A stretch of DNA of 64,000 nt from the NCBI GenBank assembly GCA_951406725.2, contig OX597825.1, positions 58,404,001-58,468,000 on the forward strand, in the 5' to 3' direction. The translations under genes were made by a program, and so were the position numbers. This document shows, in pieces, positions 26,463-37,306 of the stretch. The stretch comes from Octopus vulgaris (Eukaryota). How positions within the stretch are numbered: position 1 is the stretch's first letter; every line of letters begins with the position of its first letter. The notes beneath the pieces were generated by a model that saw nothing but the letters and a program-made list of their open reading frames with translations, had not been told where the DNA came from and did no database searches.

Positions 26463-27154
26463 ATTTCTTAATTTGGATTTGGAAACACTAAAAAGAAGGA
26501 ACTTTACCTATCAGCGAACTTGTCGCTTCAGATGAACCACTCCAACTAACAGTGTCTACAAATTCAAAATGCGCAGGCGTAAAATTCTGCACTCCCCATT
26601 CCACCCACGTGGTCTATCTAGCAAACATTATATTTTAACCGCGAGAACCGAGGCAGTATGACCGAGAGAAATGAATTATAATATCAACAATTGAGGGTAA
26701 AATTAATTAATTAATCAATTTCACCAAGTGTTCAGTACGTAAAAGGACCATTTAAGGCGAATTCAAAATATTACATTATATAATTAGGGCTTAGTAAAAT
26801 AAATTACTTTGCCACATACTGAACTTAGTAGAAATAGCAGCCAAAAAAATTTTTTTTTCTTAGCATTTCTACTATTTAAATTAATTAAATTAATTCTACT
26901 AATTAATTAATTAATTTTACCCTCAATTGTTGATATTATAATTCATTTCTCTCGGTCATACTGCCTCGGTTCTCGCGGTTAAAATATAATGTTTGCTAGA
27001 TAGACCACGTGGGTGGAATGGGGAGTGCAGAATTTTACGCCTGCGCATTTTGAATTTGTTGACACTGTTAGTTGGAGTGGTTCATCTGAAGCGACAAGTT
27101 CGCTGATAGGTAAAGTTCCTTCTTTTTAGTGTTTCCAAATCCAAATTAAGAAAT

Positions 27155-27217
27155 TTTGAGCTGACGAAAGAAATGCTGATTTTATTTGGCTAATCTTGAA
27201 ACGTTGACGTACTCAAA
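27155..27217 (+). ncRNA. Type I hammerhead ribozyme (predicted)
   Basis: Stem I TTTGAG/CTCAAA; core CTGACGA; stem II AAGA...TCTT (extended by GCTGA/TTGGC); GAAA; stem III ACG-TTGA-CGT; cleavage triplet GTA (cut after 27211). Confidence 0.8.
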
Positions 27218-27477
27218 CGATCTATGTACTTGTGATATTTTTCTGTATTTACCCCCAAACCTTCGTGAGCCGTCTGGAGTAAACATTATCTGAGAGAAAT
27301 TTTTTTAAGTAGTAGAAATGCTAAGAAAAAAAAATTTTTTTGGCTGCTATTTCTACTAAGTTCAGTATGTGGCAAAGTAATTTATTTTACTAAGCCCTAA
27401 TTATATATATATATATATATATATATACACTCACACACTCACACACATGCACCTATATATATACATATATATATGCA

Positions 27478-27543
27478 TAGTTCGGTATAGTCCCCTCAGC
27501 TCCAAGTTAGGTGAACTTGGAGCTGTGCGAACTATACCGAACT
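27478..27543. repeat. Short hairpin
   Basis: AGTTCGGTATAGT..CAGCTCCAAGTT-AGGTG-AACTTGGAGCTG..ACTATACCGAACT. Confidence 0.75.
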
Positions 27544-27604
27544 GGCCAGGTACCTCAATTTAAGTACCTAATTCAACTGAATCTTAATTATATTTTATAT
27601 ATAT

Positions 27605-27659
<55 letters not shown>

Positions 27660-27759
27660 ACTACATTGTCGTTAGGGAATTCCAAGTTAACTCGCTGACG
27701 ATATAATTTGAAAATGGGATTCCTTTACAGTGTAAACTTCATATAATTAAGGTATCTTC

Positions 27760-27842
27760 GGCTTGATGAGTAGCAAATGGAGTACCCCTCGTTGAGTAAT
27801 TATTACTTCCGAGGATATACTAACTAGGAAACATATGTAGCC
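27760..27842 (+). ncRNA. Degenerate hammerhead-like motif with long stem II, within an inverted repeat (27825-27940)
   Basis: GGC-TTGATGA-GTAG...(CCTCG..AGTAAT/ATTACT..CGAGG)...CTAG-GAAAC-ATAT-GTA-GCC; palindromic stem III ACATATGT; the 3' part is repeated in inverted form at 27889-27940. Confidence 0.5.
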
Positions 27843-27939
27843 TGGATTTTACCTGCTCCACTTCATCAATTTGGATACACACACACACCAAATTGAAGGA
27901 GTGGGGCAGGTAAAATTCAGGCTACATATGTTTCCGTAG

Positions 27940-27988
<49 letters not shown>

Positions 27989-29338
27989 AAAAGATATAAG
28001 GAAAGATATAAATGATGCGAACGCATTGTGACCACGATAGTCATTCATTACATATTTCTTTATTGTAGTAAAATCAAATTAGCTTGCAGCTGTTTTCGAT
28101 AATCATTATAGGTTCATTCATTCATTGGTTTACTCAATCGGTCCATTGGTCGATTGAGAAAAGTTGAATGACCTTAAAGAATTGAAGCTATCCTCATTAG
28201 AGTTATGGTATTATGTTGAAAACGAGGCAAAACAATGATGAATAAGTGAATCCGGTATGGGAAGGGGAACGAAAAGAGGTGAATAAGTTTAAGGTGACTG
28301 AAAGAGAAATCACTAGAAAAAGGGAAAGAGAAGTGGTGTACTGGAAGAGGAAGAAAGAACAAAGAGGGAAAGGAAGAGACAGAAGAGAAGAGGTGAGACA
28401 CGAGATGGAAGAATGAAGACAGAAAGAGATATGTGATAGCCAGAAATCAAAGAGGGAACGGTAATAAAAACATTAGTGGCTTTAGTGTGTGTTATTGGGT
28501 CATCACACTCAAAATCATATTGTCTTCAGGTCAAATACTATCCAGACAGAGTACTGAATTTTCATAAAAACAAAATGAAGGGTAACAATATGAAAGGTGG
28601 AGAAAGTTATAACAAAAGTGGATAGTAGATAGAAGGAAAATATTAGGCTAAAAATTAAATAAAACAAAATTAAATTAAATTAAATAGCAATAAAATCAAA
28701 ATAAAAATTAAATCGGAAAACTTGTTATCCTTTAGGCATTATACCCATCTCGACCATTGTCTGTCACTATTGAATTAAAGTTATCTAGGAATTATTACAG
28801 AAATGTTTACAGTGTATCACCAATTCTTGTCTCCGGGTAATTATGTTACCCTCTGATTAAAGTATTTGGGGTGACTCGTTCGTTATATTTCATACGGTAT
28901 AGCTCTTTCTAAAATCAACCATTATAATTCATATTTAATTTCGTTGTCTCTCTAAGTCACCATATTAGCTTGCTAAGTGAAGTCGAATTTTCTTTATTTT
29001 TGTGTTTAATTGACGAGATGTGGTTGTAATAATGAAACTTAATGGTCGTTGCGCAACATCCTATGTAATAGTTTTATAAAGGATTACAACCAGGCATTTG
29101 TAGACTATGTTCTTCTCAAAACTGTTTATTTAAAGGGCACTCCTTTCTTCCTCTGAAGTCACAACTTTGTCGTTCTTATTCCTACCAACTGCGGTTATGA
29201 TTTCTTCTTTTTTATATGTAATTTTGTTAGTCTTGTTTACACGCAAAACCCTCACAACAACACACATTCATACACATACAAACATACACTCTTTCTTTTG
29301 TCCTGTACTGTCCATAATATTTTTCCTAATGTAAAGAA

Positions 29339-29380
<42 letters not shown>

Positions 29381-29666
29381 TACCATTATTATTATTGTTA
29401 TTTTACCTGTATAGTTACTATTGTTATCATTTCCACTTCTGTTGTAGTTGCAATTGTTATTATTGCTATCACCATTGATACTATCGCATCTGATTGCAAA
29501 GTTATTTATTCTGCTGTTGCTTTTGAAACTGGCTTTCCTGCTCCCATTCCTCCCATCGCTGTACTCGATATACGTAACTGAGGCAGTATTTGATTAGTAA
29601 TATTTATAGTACGAATGACTACAATATTAATAATAATAATAATAATGATAATAATAATAATAATAA

Positions 29667-30035
29667 CGTGGAACCTGAAGACTAAAACAATACCTGTTGT
29701 CATAGGTGCCCTGGGAATGATAGCAAAAGGGGCTGATTGCTACCTAACTCAGAAACCAGGAAACCCCAAAATGGCAGAAATTCAAAAGATAGTGCTCATG
29801 GGAACTGCTCATATCCTACGCAAAATACCTTCTATGTAATCTCAAGTTTTAAAACAAAGCATAATTTTCGTATGTTTTTTTAGGCATTCACTAGTACAAC
29901 ACTAAGTACAAAACCAAATATATGGCACCCTAGGCATAACACCAACATGAACTTCCAACATGTTGTCTCTTGAGGTCTCTGGGTGAGATTTGGAGCCAGC
30001 TTGTGCAAATGTAAAGCAAAAGTCAAACATAGAAT

Positions 30036-30037
<2 letters not shown>
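29667..30037 (+). mobile_element. 3' end of R4/Dong-type non-LTR retrotransposon inserted in (TAA)n
   Basis: WNLKTKTIPVVIGALGMI...IQKIVLMGTAHILRK* is the typical C-terminus of RLE-bearing R4/Dong ORFs; (TAA)n on both flanks. Confidence 0.85.
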
Positions 30038-30070
<33 letters not shown>

Positions 30071-30160
30071 TAACCACACTGGTGGTAGTAATAAGAATGA
30101 CAAAATCAGTTGTAACTTCAGAGGAGGAAAGGGGTTTCCTTTTAATATGTATGTATGTGT

Positions 30161-30497
30161 GAAGGCGCATGGATCAGTGGTTTGAGCGTCGAGCTTACGA
30201 TCGTGAGGTTGTGAGCTCGAATCCCAGAACGGGCTGCGTGTTGTGTTCTTGAGCAAGACACTTTATTTCACGTTGCTCCAGTTCATTCAGCTGTAGAAAA
30301 GAGTTGCGACGTCACTGTTGCCAAGCTGTATCGGCTGTTGCCTTTCCCTTGGATAACATCTGTGGTGTGGAGAGGGGAGGCCGATATGCATGGACGACTG
30401 CTCGCCTTCCACAAACAACTTTGCCCGGACTTGTGCGTGGGAGGGTAACTTTCTAGGTGCAATCCCATGGTCAGTGTCGTGACCAAAGAAGGTCTCT
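30161..30497 (+). mobile_element. tRNA-derived SINE (family C; copies at 47642-47980 + and 49665-49997 -)
   Basis: GAAGGCGCATGGATCAGTGG...CTCGAATCCC head, TTCTTGAGCAAGACACTT domain, tail GGGAGGGTAACTTTCTAGGTGCAATCCC. Confidence 0.88.
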
Positions 30498-30581
30498 GAA
30501 TGTATGTTTGTATGCATGCATACATATATACATGCTTGTTGGATGTATATATGTAGATATAAGTGTATATATATGTAGTAA

Positions 30582-30812
30582 GGCGGCGAGCTGGCAGAAA
30601 CGTTAGCACGCCGGGCGAAATGCGTAGCCGTATTTCGTCTGCCGTTACGTTCTGAGTTCAAATCCCGCCGAGGTCGACTTTGCCTTTCATCCTTTCGGGG
30701 TCGATAAATTAAGTACCAGTTACGCACTGGGGTCGATGTAATCGACTCAATCCGTTAGTCTGTCCTTGTTTGTCCCCTCTATGTTCAGCCCCTTGTGGGT
30801 AATAAAGAAACA
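30582..30812 (+). mobile_element. tRNA-derived SINE (family A)
   Basis: Near-identical to the unit at 3948-4175. Confidence 0.9.
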
Positions 30813-30853
30813 GATATAAGTGTGTGTGTGTGTATGTGTGCGTGTATATATGC

Positions 30854-30887
<34 letters not shown>

Positions 30888-31196
30888 AACAAAAACGCAA
30901 TAGAGAACATTACAACGTTCGGACAAGAGAAACAATAATTAGAAGGCCAAGCAAAAAAAAGACGGTTCATTCGTGGATTTCTTTTATCTCTTATTTATTC
31001 ATTAGACTGCAGCCATGTTGAGGCATCACCTTGAAGAATTTTAATCGAACGAATCGACCTCAGTACTTACTTTTAAAAAAATCCCCTGGTACTTATTCTA
31101 TCGGTAAAATAAGAACAGTAATAAACGAGTGTAAAACGAATATATAGTGCGTGTATTTATTTGGCAAGAAAGAAAAATGACCGTCCCGAAATATCT

Positions 31197-31326
31197 ATAT
31201 TTAGATGAAGTTGAATATATGTCTGGTCATAGAGTGGCCAATGGTTTCGCATCCATAAAGAGGTTAACTTTTTAGACGACTCGTCAGACTCCAATGACGG
31301 ACATATACTTCACTTCATCCAAATAC
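31197..31326 (-). ncRNA. Hammerhead-like fold capping a ~35-bp hairpin (cleavage-site U mutated)
   Basis: Minus strand: long stem I ...GTCATTGGAGT-CTGACGA-stem II G(T)CGTCTA..TGGATGC-GAAAC-CATTG-GCC-ACTCTATGAC...; the triplet is GCC rather than GUC. Confidence 0.6.
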
Positions 31327-31403
31327 ATTACTGCTCTGGCTTTTAGAGTGTACTTCTTTTTCGGATATATGATTCACTGGCGATGTGTGTGTGTGTGTTT
31401 TCG

Positions 31404-31574
31404 ACAGAAAATAAAGGAATTCTTGAACGCAGAACGGTTGTGAAAACAGCTTAGAAAATTGGATAAATAAATAACCTTAGAAGACGAAAATTAAAAATTT
31501 TCTATGGGTGTTTACCTGATTTTGTAAGCTGTTTTTACATCCTTTCTGCATTCGAGAATTCCTTTATTTTCTGT
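31404..31574. repeat. Imperfect inverted repeat (~55-bp arms)
   Basis: ACAGAAAATAAAGGAATTCTTGAACGCAGAA...AAACAGCTTA vs TAAGCTGTTT...TTCTGCATTCGAGAATTCCTTTATTTTCTGT. Confidence 0.8.
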
Positions 31575-31682
31575 AGAATATCAACTCACTCGGCACTTCT
31601 AAGTTTGTCTACAATACACACACTTACATATATATATATAAACATATACATATATACATTTGTTCCACACACACACACACAG

Positions 31683-31747
<65 letters not shown>

Positions 31748-31782
31748 ACAAAGTTATTTTTTTACACAGGGGTAGGAATATA

Positions 31783-33066
31783 TCAGGTCATCTCATAAGT
31801 TCTGTCCGAATTTTCCATAAAGAAAACAAGTGATGAAATGTTATATTTAATTGAAATTTAATCATCAATGTACCTTCCCTGATTATCTATGACTTCCTTC
31901 CATCTATTTACAAGCTTTTTAATCCCATCAATGTAAAACTCTTTTGGTTTCAAAGAGAACTCTGAAATGTCAGTTTCAACCTCCTCCTGGCTTACGAAAC
32001 CTATATCCACCAAATAACTCTGTAAACTACGAAACAAATAGTAGTCTGAAGGAGCAAGGTCAGGAGAATAAAGTGGATGGGGAATTTTTTCCCAACCAAG
32101 CCCTTTGATCTTCTGTGATGTGATCTTTGCAGTGTGGGGTCGCGCATTATCCTGATGAAGCATCACTCCTTTTCGATTCACTAAAGCGGGTCTTGTTTTC
32201 TTCAAAGCTTGGTTCAAACGTTCTAATTGCTGACAATAGACTTGCGCATTGATTGTTGCATTAGGTGGTAACACTTCAAAGTGAATTACTCCTTTGCAAT
32301 CCCACCAGATAGAGAGAAGAACCTTTTTCCCATGAAGTTCTCTTCTCAGTTGTGGTTGAGCTTTTCTCCTTTTACCAAGCCACTGTTTACGACGTTTAAC
32401 ATTTCGATAGAAGATCCATTTTTCGTCACCAGTCACAAGTCTATCCAAAAAGAGTGAAATGAGTTCGCGAGAATGGAGAGAAGAGCAGATGTCAACTCGG
32501 TATTTACGGTTGCTTTCGGACAATTCATGAAGCACCCATTTTCCAAGTTTATGAACTTTTCCAAGTTGTTGAAGATGACGATGAACATCTGTATGGTTTG
32601 AACTAAGCTTTATTGACAATTCTTCAACTGATAATGCAGGATTTTCTTCAAGTAATGCCTCAAAGAGCTTATCATCAAACTCAACTGGACGTCCTGTTCG
32701 ATCTTCATCTTCAAGGCTGAAATCTCCACTTCTGAATTTTGCAAACCAACTTCTGCAAGTTCTTTCATTCAAGCATTCTTTCCCATAAACTGAGTGTATG
32801 TTTCGAGTTGCTTCGGCTGCAAAGTTTCCTTTTTTTGTACTCAAAGCATTATGTGCCTCAAATGCTCTTTGGATACTTCCATGTTAGAAAGGGTTTTAAT
32901 GGAAGAAATTTAAATTCTATTATTCTTGTAAAATAATATTTAATTAGTTTAAATGTACACAAATGCATAAAAATAATTTTAAATTCCATTAGACATTCTA
33001 AAATACTATTAAATTTCATTCAATTTTAAAAAGGTAAAATCGGACAGAACTTATGGGATGACCTGA
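31783..33066 (-). mobile_element. Full-length mariner (DD34D) transposon, copy 2, 1284 bp
   Basis: TA-TCAGGTCATCTCATAAGTTCTGTCCGA ... TCGGACAGAACTTATGGGATGACCTGA-TA; same family as copy 1. Confidence 0.95.
31858..32882 (-). pseudogene. Mariner transposase, N-terminally frameshifted (copy 2)
   Basis: The true ATG is at 32882 (MEVSKEHLRHIML). A 2-bp deletion and +1 A near 32830-32845 break the frame. The downstream 328-codon frame is open with VTGDEKW, HQDNARPH and YSPDLAPSDY (D,D34D intact). Confidence 0.93.
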
Positions 33067-33077
33067 TAAGAAAAATA

Positions 33078-33412
33078 GGTTGAAAATGCACAGAGAATAG
33101 TTAAAATATTTTGTATTAGTCTATCTAAAGCTTTAACCGGTTTCACAGTTTACACTGATTTTCAAAAGGTTCAAATAGAAAGACGTGGCTTACGTCGCAG
33201 CTGTCTTGCTTCTGACTATTGTTTGAAGTTTGCCTTGTTTCTGCAGGGTGTTCATGGCGAACTTCAAACACTATTCAGAAGCAAGACAGCTGCGGCATAA
33301 GCCATGTCTTTCTATTTGAACTTTTTGAAAATCAGTGTAGACTGTGAAACCGGTTAAAGCTTTAAATAGACTAATAAAAAATATTTTAATTGTTCTCAGT
33401 GCATTTCCAACT
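33078..33412. repeat. Long inverted repeat (~157-bp arms, ~21-bp loop), probable inverted Penelope-like pLTRs with degenerate hammerheads
   Basis: Arms 33078-33234 and 33256-33412. The + arm reads CTTT-TTGAAAA-T-CAGT(GTAG)ACTG-T-GAAAC-CG-GTT-AAAG followed by AATAAA; the other arm carries a near-identical motif. Confidence 0.75.
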
Positions 33413-33616
33413 TGTATATTTTTTCCTGTATATATTGTCGGTAAAACATAAATCCGAAAATGAAGCACAATCTAAGTTATAGAGCAGTATATTATATACA
33501 TAAAGTTCGATAAGGCCGGTTTATGGGTTACCCTGCTTTTCACGTTCATAAAGCGCTTAGCTTTACAGCATATCATCAGATCCCAAACCTGTTGGTTTGG
33601 CTTCTCTAGCGATCGG

Positions 33617-33681
<65 letters not shown>

Positions 33682-33694
33682 CGATCGATCGTTA

Positions 33695-33741
<47 letters not shown>

Positions 33742-34056
33742 CTAAACCTCGCTAAGATAAATATTTCAATTAACCTGAAGATTGACTGTAACCATAACTC
33801 GAATTATTACGAATTGTACAGCCATGAAACGATCGTAGTATTTTACACTTTATCTTTTATTAAACTTTTAATACTTTTGATATATATTTAAAATAATATA
33901 AATTAATTAATTTTATGTATTGGCTTATGTTTTTCATTGTTTGATTTGCCTAATAGTGGTTTTATCTCTAATTTAATATAATATAATATATTTTACTATA
34001 AAATTGGATTTAATCCTAAATCTGATTTTTCCCTGTAAGTTTGGATTTATTCCCTA

Positions 34057-34098
<42 letters not shown>

Positions 34099-34378
34099 CG
34101 TACATACATAAGCATGTAAGTGTATATGATGAAACGCGCGGCCATAGGCATGAAGAAGCCTTAACCGATAGATCTATACACGAATGATAGAAGCTCGAAT
34201 CATCATAATACATGTTTAATTAAAGATATGGAAATGTCTAGCAAATACTTTTTTATGTCAATATAGCATTAGCTTCGCATGTCTGCTATGACCGTACAGT
34301 GTTTACTTCTACTGGATAGTGTGATTTCTATGTACAGATGTGTTTGGGTACATGGTTTTACGTAGATTATACATACGC

Positions 34379-34459
<81 letters not shown>

Positions 34460-34461
<2 letters not shown>

Positions 34462-35303
34462 GATGGTGCGATGAATATACTGTCGTCTAAATTACGCAAA
34501 AATGAAAATAATACTGACACCGCATTTTTACAGATATATTTACCAAAATTACATAAAGATATCTTGAAATACTAAAGAGTAATTTTATTCAATAAAATTG
34601 CCATTGGAATCTCTTGCAACTATTCTGGGGGGTCTCTTTGTTTAAGTTGGTGAATACTGCCATAATTCTTGCCTTCAGTTCATCATTGGTGTTACAAGGA
34701 GTTTTGTTGGTCTCTCGCTCAATTGCACCCACAGATAATAATGAAGGCGGTTGTAGTCTGGGGAATTAGGTGACCAGATGTGGGGGGTGATGTGGTCGCA
34801 GAAATTGTCTGACAGCCATGACTAGGTTCTCCTGTTTCTGTGATATGGTGCAGAGTCCTGTTACCAGACATCGGGCCTTCCAGTAGCTACCCTCTTGACC
34901 CAGGGCAGCACTACCTCTTCCAGTCACTTGATGTCGTCCTCCGTGTTGAGTCTGAGACGTGTGGGAAGATAAACGGACGCATAACGTTGCCATCACTAGT
35001 GATCACTCCAAACGCCATGATGTTGACTGGTTGTTCGATTTTTATCACTCTCGGTACATATCCTTAGATTGACACCCAAGCACTCTGAAATGTTCGTATT
35101 GGATCTTCCGGCGCGAATGCCAAGCAGTACAGCGTGTCGTTTCTAAATTTGTGGCACAGTGAATTGCGTCATGGTGTTGTTTTTCTCACAGGCGGTGCTC
35201 AACTGACCCTACTATACTGTGTAGCCGAGAAAATCAAAAACAAACAATGCACATGCATGAAATTAAAAATATAAAATGGCGACAAGTTAGCCATCGCACC
35301 CTG
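34460..35303 (-). mobile_element. Internally deleted DD37D (maT-type) Tc1/mariner relic
   Basis: Minus-strand translation W*QDSAPYH...HIWSPNSPDYNRLHYYLW, with 37 residues between the second and third catalytic positions; TIR CAGGGTGCGATGGCTAACTTGTCG at 35303 and a degenerate match at 34460. Confidence 0.8.
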
Positions 35304-35401
35304 TATATATATACATGTATGTATGTATGTATGTATGTATGTATGTATGTATGTATGTATGTATGTATGTATGTATGTATGTATGTATAAGAATACATGC
35401 A

Positions 35402-35483
<82 letters not shown>

Positions 35484-35674
35484 AATATATATTATATGCG
35501 TGCGTGCGTGCGCGCATTCTCTCGTTTATATTCGTTTCATTCTGTCATCCCGGAGTAAATTTTTTTTCCTCTTGTCATGCTTTAGTGGATTATATCGCTC
35601 ATAATGACTGTTTTAGTCTGGAACTTTTTTATTGATCTGTTTATATCGTAACATTAAGTCAGGATATATAATGG

Positions 35675-35723
<49 letters not shown>

Positions 35724-35959
35724 TATATTGCATAAAAAAAGAGACAGTAGAACAAAAGAAATTATTGGCTTTCAAACTAAACGCCAGATGTCATTTATAT
35801 TTTGTTCCTCTACATTATGAGTTCAAATCCTGCCGCAGTTGATTTTATGTCGTATTCCTGCAGGGTCTGTTCTCCATTTATCAGTCATATACTGAGAATC
35901 CGTTAAGTGTTTGCATCACTAATCTGCAACAAATCTATGCATTTCTTCTAAAGAGGATA

Positions 35960-36570
35960 TGTATGTTTGTTGCCTTCTGTTTTTAATTATTTGAATTCTT
36001 ACCAAAAGAAGCTGGTTTCTAAATTGTTACAAAGCTCCGTTATTGGAGTTAGATAAGAAAAACAATATCACATTTTAAACTTGAAGAAAGGCTTGCATAT
36101 CTGTACTGTTCCACTTACAAATTGCATTTGTAATGTGCGAGTTAGTTGGTTGATTTCTTTTTCTGAAAACCCTAGCTTATACTTAGATTGTCATTTAGGC
36201 ATTTACTCACGAAACCATACGATTCAATTATCATTGGTTTTAATGTAGATTTATAATCTGTATACAGAAGCAGAGGTTTCAAAGCAGTTGTCCATAGTTA
36301 TCTTCTTTCTCTTTGATTTTCAAAGAGATACTCACATCAGCAGGACAGCTGACCTCTGTAACGGTACATGCTTTTTCTTAGGCGTCCCAAATAACAATAT
36401 CCGGCCTGTTTTGTTTACAACAGTATTCCTTGTGTTGATGCCTGTGTATGTATTCATTAACAGGGGGATTCTTTATTTATTTTAGGACAGTCTGTTTTCC
36501 GAATGGCATTCTATATTGCTTTAACGATTACGTCGTATCGCACAGGGAGGTAGTACCTTGATGACTATGT
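35960..36570 (-). mobile_element. 3' fragment of restriction-like-endonuclease (R2/R4-group) LINE
   Basis: Minus strand: SSRYYLPVRYD..., RPDIVIWD*EKACTVTEVSCPADVSISLKIKEKEDNY (PD..D..E RLE motif), then ...LQMQFVSGTVQICKPFFKFKM*; flanked by (TATG)n. Confidence 0.8.
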
Positions 36571-37306
36571 ATGTATGTATGTATGTATGTATGTATGCAG
36601 GACCGGATTCAAACCATTAGAGGCCCTGAGCACTTCAATTTCGGGGTCCCCTTATACCCAAGAACTAAAATTTTGGAAAATTACCAAATATAGATATCAA
36701 ATCACATAGTGGTTGTTGCTGTTCCAAATGCACGATGTGTGCGTGTGTGTGTGTGTGTGTGTGTGGATGGAGGGAACACACATTTAAAAGACATGGATTT
36801 CTAAATTTCTTTTGAAAAGTCTCCCTTTAATTGTTTTGCAATGTATGAAAAATAAAAAAAAATAAAAAAGAAGGAAAAATCCCGACAAAATGGGAGAAAT
36901 TCCAGTGCTTAATTGATATATTATTTTATCAATCCTGAAAGCATGAAAAGCAAAGTTGACCTTGGCAGAATTTGAACTCAGAACATAAAGACGGACGAAA
37001 TGCTGCTAAGCATTTTGCCCATGTTCTAACGATTTTGCCAGTTCACCGCTTTTTATTATTAATAATCGGTAGGAGTTAAAGTGACTCAAGGGTGCAGAGT
37101 TTCGTGTACGGACCATTATCAAACACATACACACGCACGCAACACATACATCACGTATTGTACTGTTTGTCTAACACATACAAACACTACACACCTTAAT
37201 ACACAAATCAAGAAATGGAATCTCTATACGGTTGGCTAAGACGTTAGAAATAGCTGAAGGCTTGTCTTTAAAGCATGTAAGGGCACGTTAGAAAAAGATA
37301 GTTTTA

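Larger units (their letters stand above)
26112..27405. mobile_element. Young non-coding Penelope-like/retrozyme-like insertion: 569-bp unit + partial tandem copy + inverted copy
   Basis: The unit start at 26112 recurs at 26681 (period 569) and runs to ~26877; 26900-27405 is the reverse complement of ~26208-26713 with only a few differences; (TA)n on both flanks. Confidence 0.85.

Noticed and set aside
26700-26900. The palindrome lies near the midpoint of the two inverted mariners, hinting at one giant inverted duplication
   Set aside because: The intervening sequences (21832-26100 vs 27410-31780) are not reverse complements, so the position is probably coincidental.
33510-33585. CTGATGA-TATG...CATA-AACCGGCC hammerhead-like remnant (minus strand)
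   Set aside because: GAAA and the cleavage-site U are both missing; too degenerate to call.
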